A stretch of 64,000 nt of DNA from Octopus vulgaris (Eukaryota), in contig OX597818.1 in assembly GCA_951406725.2 (NCBI GenBank), forward strand, positions 110,980,001 through 111,044,000, given 5' to 3'. The notes beneath the pieces were generated by a model. The model worked only from the letters and a program-made list of their open reading frames with translations, searched no databases and was not told the origin of the DNA. Made by a program: the position numbers and the translations under genes. Of this stretch, positions 1 to 64,000 are shown piece by piece (position 1 is the first letter of the stretch; each line of letters opens with the position of its first letter).

Positions 1-1280
1 GCTTCCGTTATCTAGGTGACCAAGTCAGTAGTGGGGGTGGGTGCGCTGAAAGTGTAACTGCTAGAATAAGAATAGCCTGGGCAAAGTTTAGGGAGCTCTT
101 ACCTCTGCTGGTGACTAAAGGCCTCTCGCTCAGAATAAAAGGCAGACTGTATGATGCATGTGTACGAACAGCCATGCTACATGGCAGTGAAACATGGGCC
201 GTGACTGCTGAGGACATGCGTAAGCTCGTGAGGAATGAAGCCAGTATGCTCCGATGGATGTGTAATGTCAGTGTACATACTCGACAGAGCGTTAGTACCT
301 TGAGAGAAATGTTGTACCTAAGAAGCATCAGTTGTGGTGTGCAAGAGAGACGATTGCGCTGGTATGGTCATGTGGCGAGAATGGATGAAGATAGGTGTGT
401 GAGAAAGTGCCAATCCCTAGCAGTTGAGGGAACCCGTGGAAGAGGTAGACCCAGGAAAACCTGGGACGAGGTGGTGAAGCACAACCTTCGAACTTTAGGC
501 CTCACTGAGGAAATGACCAGTGACCAAGACCTTTGGAAATATGCTGTACGTGAGAAGACCAAGCAGGACAAGTGAGCCCAGCCCACTTATGAATGCCTTT
601 CCTCCCTTGGACACAAAGACCTGTTGAGGCAAGCGAAGTCGATATAGAACCTCATCCGACGACAGGCACCCATGCCAACCCCCTTTGCTTGCGAAGACAT
701 GTTGGGGCAAGCGAAAGCGAAATCGAAATCGAATTGAACCAGCCAGGATCCCTGGTCTGGTGGTACGTAAAAAGCACTATCCGACTCGTGGCTGATGCCA
801 GCGCTGCTGCCTCCACTGGCTTCCGTGCCGGTGACACGTAAAATACACCAATCCGACCGTACGACAGGCACCCATGCCAACCCCCTTTGCTTGCGAATAC
901 ATGTTGGGGCAAGCGAAATCGAAATCGAATTGAACCAGCCAGGATCCCTGGTCTGGTGGTACGTAAAAGCACTATCCAACTCGTGGTCGATGCCAGCACC
1001 GCCTTGACTGGCTTCCGTGCCGGTGGCACATAAAATACACCAATCCGACCGTGGCCGTTGCCAGCCTCGCCTGGCACCTGTGCAGGTGGCACGTAAAAAG
1101 CACCCACTACACTCACGGAGTGGTTGGCGTTAGGAAGGGCATCCAGCTGTAGAAACATTGCCAGATAAGACTGGAGCCTGGTGCAGCCTTCTGGCTTCCC
1201 AGATCCCCGGTCGAACCGTCCAACCCATGCTAGCATGGAGAACGGACGTTAAACGATGATGATGATGATGATGATGATGA
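1..1280 (+). mobile_element. RTE-clade LINE, 3' part (ORF2 C-terminus, 3' UTR with internal ~200 bp duplication, (GAT)n tail)
   Basis: ORF 111-575 contains LYDACVRTAMLHGSETWA...RLRWYGHVARM...GRGRPRKTW, typical of the RTE ORF2 C-terminus; ends gacgttaaac(gat)n. Confidence 0.93.
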
Positions 1281-1389
1281 TATATATACATGTATATATA
1301 TGGATGTATATATATATACTTGTATATATATATATAGATGTATATGTATACATGTATGTGTATAGCTGTATATGTATACATGTATCCTC

Positions 1390-3252
1390 CTCATCATCAT
1401 TGTTTAACGTCCGCTTTCCATGCTAGCATGGGTAGGATGATTCGACTGAGGTCTGGTGAACCAGATGGCTGCACCAGACTCCAATCTGATCTGGCAGAGT
1501 TTCTACAGATGGATGCCCTTCCTGATGCCAACCACTCCGAGAGAGTAGGGGGTGCTTTTAGGTGCCACCAGCATGAGGGCCAGTCAGGTGGTACTGGCAA
1601 TGGCCATGCTCAAATGGTGCTTTTTATGTGCCACCTGCACAGGTGCCAGTCAAGCGGCACTGGCAATGACCTCACTAGAATGTTTTTCCACAGGCCACCA
1701 GCACAAGTGCCAGTAAGGCGATGCAGGTAACAATCACGCTCGAATGGTGCTTTTTATGTGTCATCAGCACAGAGGCCAGCTTGTTGCTCTGGCAACGATC
1801 ATGCTCGTATGGTACTCTTGGTGCTCCACTAGCACAGATGCTAGTCATCGAATTTGATTTCGATTTCACTTGCCTCAACAGGTCTTCACAAGCAGAGTCT
1901 AGTGTCCAATGAAGGAAAGGTATGCATAAGTGGGCTGGTTACACCCCTGGCATAGGCCACAAGGTTATGGTCTCACTTGAGCTTGCTGAGTCTTCTCAAG
2001 CACAGCATATTTCCAAAGGTCCTGGTCACTAGTCATTGCCTCGGTGAGGCCCAATGTTCGAAGGTCATGCTTCACCACCTTGCCCAAGGTCTTCCTGGGT
2101 CTACCTCTTCCACAGGTTCCCTCAACTGCTAGGGTGTGGCACTTTCTCACACAGCTATCCACATCCATTCTCGCCACATGACCATACCAGTGCAGTCATC
2201 TCTCTTGCACACCACAACTGATGCTTCTTAGGTCAACTTTTCTCTCAAGGTACTTACACTCTGTCGAGTATGCACACTGACATTACACATCCATTGGAGC
2301 ATACTAGCTTCATTCCTTGTGAGCTTAAGCATGTCCTCAGTAGTCACAGCCTATTTTTAACTGCCACGAAGCATGGCTGTTCGTACTCATGCATCATACA
2401 GTCTACCTTTTACTCTGAGTGAGAGGCCCTTTGTCACCAGCAGAGGTAAGAACTCTTTGAACTTTGCCCAGGCTATTCTTATTCCAACAGCTACACTTTC
2501 AGTGCACCCTCCCCCGCTACTAACTTGGTCACCTGGGTAATGGAAACTATCAACTATTTCTAGTTTTCCTCCCTGGAATATGGCGGCAGTTGTTCTCTGC
2601 CCATTTTCAGTGTTTATTGCTCCTGAGCATCTGCCACATATAAAAACTATCTTCCCAGTAAGCCTCTCTTTGATATTACTGCACCTCTTATGTGTCCATA
2701 GCTTACACTTGGTACATAATAATAATAACGATGAAATTATTGTATACAGTGCTCAGGTGCACCACAACTTGTCAGAAAGTGCATATAAAGTGTATGCAGT
2801 AATGTACAAATGTCTGGGAAGTGAACAGTGTATGAGTTAGATACATGCTTGTGTGTGTACGGAGGGGAGGAAATCAGGTGTAGTGTTGGCGAATCTCAGA
2901 AAGCATGGAAGTTATAGAGTTTCTACCTACGCCTTTTCTACAGATTGAGCAGAGCCATCTACCTGAAGGGATTTGTAGTTTGCCTGCCTTCCTACTTATT
3001 GGGACTTTGGTTTTAGCTAGGTTGACTCTAAGGCCCTTCGATTTTAATCCTTGTTTCCACACTTGAAACTTCTCCTCTAGTTCTGATAGTGACTCAGCAA
3101 TTACTGCATGGTCGTCAGCTTAGAGTAGCTCCCAGAGGCATCTTGTCTTGAATTACTCCGTTATTGCCTGAACGACTATGATAAATAGGAGGGGGCTGAG
3201 GACTGAACCTTGGTGGACCCCTACCTCTACCCGGAATTCTTCACTGCACTTG
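1390..3252 (-). mobile_element. RTE LINE, 5'-truncated and degenerate, interrupted by another insertion
   Basis: Reverse-strand homology to the same RTE (EEFRVEVGVHQGSVLSPLLF; GRGRPRKT); (cat)n tail near 1390. Confidence 0.9.
2717..2912 (-). mobile_element. Short 3' end of a different LINE (CR1/L2-like, (TTA)n tail) inserted into the RTE copy
   Basis: Non-RTE sequence interrupts colinear RTE sequence; it reads ...SMLSEIRQHYT* then a UTR and a (tta)n tail. The clade assignment is tentative. Confidence 0.5.
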
Positions 3253-3266
3253 TATGTATATGTGTA

Positions 3267-3314
<48 letters not shown>

Positions 3315-3373
3315 TGTAATATGTACACATATATACATGCATACGTACACACACACACATTCAAATATATATA

Positions 3374-3700
3374 GGTGCAGGTGTGGCTGTGTGGTAACAA
3401 ACTTCGTTCCAAAACACATGGTCCTGGGTTCAGTCACACTGTATGGTGACTTGGCATGTGTCTTCTGCTGTAGCCTCAGACCAACCAAAGCCTTGTCAGT
3501 GGATTTTGTAGGCAGAAACTGAAAGAAGTCAATCGTATATATATGTATATATGTATGTCTATGTGTGTGTCTCTGTGTTTCTCCCTCATCACTGCTTCAC
3601 AACTGCTGTTCGTTTATTTACATCCCCATAATTTACTGGTTTCACAACAAGAAACTAATAGAATAAGTACCAGGCTAATCAACATAAAAAAGCACTAGGC
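3374..3700 (+). mobile_element. tRNA-derived SINE (octopus-type)
   Basis: Head gtggctgtgtggtaa...gggttcagtcacactg resembles boxes A and B; internal (TA/TG)n; homologous to 17317-17645 and the split copy at 39118 and 46042. Confidence 0.75.
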
Positions 3701-3832
3701 TGTCTCATATTTTTGTTTGCCCACTCAGTTGTATCTATCAATTTATCTTTGTGTGTGTGTTTGTATATATCGATAGATAGATAGATATAATACACACACA
3801 CACACACATGTATGTATATGTGCATATTCAGA

Positions 3833-5497
3833 TCTATTATATCAAAGTCAATGTCTTTATGTGTGTTTGTGTGTTACTTATACATCCGAGAACTGCTGCA
3901 CCGATCATAATGAAATTTTGAACACAAAATCGAAGCCTAGGGAGAAGGGTAATGCTGTGTTTCATACAATTTCATGGACGAAAATTACTGAATGGATTCT
4001 TATGATATTTGAAACTTAGATTCAATGCATAAGGGCAGGTACAATGCAATATGTTTGGTTTGGATTTCTGATGGCTTAAAGAGGGCAGAACCCCCATGAA
4101 AATTCATAAATTTTCGATGTTGATGAAATTTCAACCATGGGTAATTGACACACATCAAGAAGTATTCTGAAAGGTTCAACTTCGCATGAGGATTCTAAGA
4201 CACTCTAAATTTTAGTCATTTCTTTTATGATCCAAAACTAGGTCAAAAGTACTGAATGGATCTTTACGAAATTTGGAAATTATATTCTATGCATAAGGGC
4301 CATAACCCCCATGACAATTCATATATTTTTACTGTTGATGAAATTTTAACCATAGATATTTACACACAAATGAAGTAATATTTATAAAATTTCATCTTCT
4401 TACAAGTTAGAAAGACCCCTTCATGGGGACTTAACACCCACAATTTAGTCATTTTATCTAAGCAAAGACGAATACAGTTGTACTCTTGGAAGCTGTAGTG
4501 TCACCCGAGCATAAAAGTTGAGCATTATTTGTAATTCAATAGTACAACAGTGTAAGAGTTTGCTTTCAGATATACTTACACTGCGATTTCTGCAATGTGG
4601 TGCATAAATTGTAAAGTAAATGAGAGGCATCTTTGCCTCCACTGGTTCAGTTGCAAAGTGTTGAGTAAAGTTATTTGGTTGCAGACTTCCTTTCAGTCTT
4701 TTTATTATCACTGGGTCACACATAGTCCCCAGATGGTAACATTGATTTCAAGGCCTTCCCAGATGAGTGAATGGTTATTCAAAGACATTTATAGATTGTA
4801 AATTTATTCTGTCCACTTACGTATCAGTATAGTGGTCATTGGCAAACTCCAGAGGTGACACTTTCATTTCTCCTTAGCCCTCACATCAATATTGTTAATA
4901 TTTATTTCAGTAGGGTCACACCCTTCCAATTGCTATAGATTCATATTGCATCTTATGGTTGTGCCTGTCATCTGGATGGTAAGGAATCCTACATTGAGAG
5001 TGGTAATGACTAGGGTAGGGTAGCTGACTGCTTATTGTGATCATTCATCTTTTGCTTTCCTGTAGTTTTGCACTCTTTTACAAACCCAGTGAACATATAT
5101 TTCCTATTTCAAAGAAATTCAAACAATAGATATAAGACCCAAGTTAAAAAGATTCTCAACAATTCAACTTCTCTGGTTGACATTAAGACACCCACCTCCA
5201 AAAGGAGCCTTAACTCTCACATTTTAGAGCTCCATGACCTCCAATTTTCAGGAGCAAAATCCTTTTAACAGGTTCTACAAGAATGGAATTTTGGAATATG
5301 CGCATAAAAATCAGTAATATGGGATACAGGTGGCACGATTACAATTTTTTTAGGGTGTGCACTGAGGGAAAGAACCCTCATCTGCAATTCTGATGAAATT
5401 CGAAACGTAGATATTCCAGTTCATTACAGGAAATATAACAGAAAACACTAATTCTTAAATTGCATGTAACACGGACAACGCCGGGTATCCCTGCCAA
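3833..5497 (+). mobile_element. Degenerate non-autonomous Helitron-like element, probably with nested fragments
   Basis: Starts a|TCTATTATAT; subterminal hairpin cacggacaacgccggg then ctgccaa|t, resembling the 3' end of the element at 53405-54042 (CCCGAGCAACGCCGGG...CTGCTAG|T). Confidence 0.45.
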
Positions 5498-5603
5498 TAT
5501 ATATATATATATCATTATATTATGATCACATTTATACATCACAATCTCCTCATCTCAATAAAGTAAAAATCCAATTTAAACAAAAAGTAATAAAAATATT
5601 TAC

Positions 5604-62115
<56,512 letters not shown>

Positions 62116-63132
62116 CTGCAAAAGAAACAAATAGACACATATTTTCAGCACATCATCACAATCATCATCATTACTTCTACATCAATTCACAAAAAGAACC
62201 ATTACAGAACTGTTATTTTATGTTTGTACATTTTATTATTTAAATCTAAATCTAGAATTCATTTGAATAGGTTTAATCTCTGATTATTACCAGGCATCAT
62301 ATTTGTGGATGTCTGTACAGTATGAAACTGGAATGTATTTAGCTTCCAAAAGATTTCTCTGTCAGAAAAAGCAGCCATGGTGAGTCGATGTCAGTTTTAG
62401 GTTTATCTTAACTGGCTTCTTAACAAGAGCATGACTCTTGCTAATAGGTAAAGCATCTTAGTTTTCCAAAAGGAACAAATGAATAAATAATATCACAAAG
62501 TATTATAAATGCTTCAAATTTTCATTAAGCTTGAAACTCGTGTTCATTCATTCAAATTAAGCTTCATTCAATTATTCTGGCAAAAGACTTTTGTCTTTGA
62601 ATAACAAGTAATTCTTCATTATCTCGCTTCTATATTGCTCACTGGCCAGTCCATGGTCAGTTTTGGTAGCATATCAGGCATTTTAAGATGAGGTTGCAAA
62701 CCCTCTGATTTAACCCTTCCCCAATTATAGAGACAAAGACACTGTGGATGTGCCCTAAGATATTTTATCCCTGGATTTGATTGGTAATTTATTTATCAGA
62801 ACCAGGAGGATAGAAGGTAATGTTGACTTGTGTGGGATTTGAACTCATAGCAAAGCGTGCTGGAAAGAGAAGTACAACACTTTCAATCTGACACTCTTAT
62901 GATCCTGTCAATTTCCACCAAACAAATACTTAGTAACTTTTTAACAGTCCTCTAAGCAAACATAGTTTAATAGCCACTGGAGTATGTGATAAATATTTTG
63001 GTATAAAACAAGAGAAACCTCAGTCATAATGCTGACTTACATGGAACTGCACCTTGTTACCACATTGTGATATCACAGATTGGTTAATGATACTTTTCGT
63101 CTCATTCCTTATTTGAATCATATGTCTTTTCA

Positions 63133-64000
63133 CCCTTTAGTGTTGAAACTGGCTAAAACCAGCCAACGTTAAATCCCCTTTATTTGTTCAAACCAACCAA
63201 ATCTAACCGTATCCGACTGCTCTATGAAACTGCTAAAAAATAAACAAATCATGTTGCTGAATTCTCGTAGCTTTTAGATAATGTGCAATGAAGCCTTTCC
63301 CACTTTTATTCAAGTATAAATAGTGTGAAATTGTTTAAATCACATAGTTTTTTTCAATATTTGAAGAGAAGTCTGTAATTTGTTTTTAATGAAATGGCAT
63401 CAGTAAGTAGCAATTCTGACTTTGAAGGTTTTACTCTTGACGATATAGAAAATATAAATGAAAACAAGAGTATTTTGTCTTCGGATGAATCTGATATTGA
63501 TATTAGTGAATATTCATCAGATGAGGAAGATCTTGAGAATGAATGTGATAAAAATGAAAGTGATGAAAATGATATCATAAACATGGCAACATGGTCAAAG
63601 ATTACAGCACCAATCACTATTCCTGATTTCACAAAAAAACACTGGTCCACAACACAATTTACCTCATGATGCTCAACTATTGGACTATCTATTTTTAATT
63701 TTATTCAGAAAGTTTTTTTGAAACTGTTATGGAGGAAACAAACATATAATTTCTATTCGCGAAGGAAACAATCCGTTATGGCAGCCAACTTAAACTGTGG
63801 AAATGAGAACATTTTTCACAATCAATATTATGTTTGGTGTTAAACAGCTTTCTTGACTGTGAAACTACTGGAGTCCTGATATAAGGTATGCTGATCCATA
63901 TATGTCAAGCATAATGTTGAAGACAAGGCATTCAAAAATATCTCAGTATTTACATTCAATTAATTCTGCTAATGACCCCAACAAAAACAACCCAAAATAT
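63133..64000 (+). mobile_element. piggyBac (PGBD4-like) transposase relic, continuing beyond the window
   Basis: ccctttag terminus; acidic N-terminal ORF 63394-63669 followed by frameshifted EETN..., NYWS....ADPYMSSIM...R...ISQYLH motifs of the DDE_Tnp_1_7 family. Confidence 0.78.

Noticed and set aside
4454-4723. Possible Helitron helicase motif (RVQLYSSLLR resembling GQLYVALSR)
   Set aside because: A single weak motif on the strand opposite the inferred element, with no other helicase motifs.
63394-63669. Acidic 91 aa ORF as a host gene
   Set aside because: It is the acidic N-terminus of a frameshifted piggyBac transposase.

Overview
AT-rich eukaryotic genomic DNA, most likely an octopus or another cephalopod; this is inferred from the tRNA-derived SINE type, RTE LINEs with (GAT)n tails, TTAA-flanked MITEs and dense microsatellites. 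The ORF track shows only transposon debris: several RTE LINE copies, Penelope-like elements with hammerhead ribozyme motifs, and MULE, piggyBac, Gypsy-integrase, Helitron, LTR-like and HERO-like relics. Underneath this, about 5.5-62 kb is a tandem array of roughly 4.5 copies of a 6-18 kb segment. The array carries a minus-strand gene that the ORF track misses because it is built from micro-exons. I found 18 exons, alternating 34 nt (phase 2->0) and 56-65 nt (phase 0->2), all flanked by AG/GT. They splice into a stop-free frame of about 284 codons made of a ~30-33 aa helical repeat (xYxxFLxxL...D...AKxLAExYFxG). The exons are far more divergent between repeat units than the introns flanking them, which suggests rapid diversification of the protein repeat inside a concertedly evolving array. 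The gene's start and end lie outside the window and I cannot assign it to a known family.
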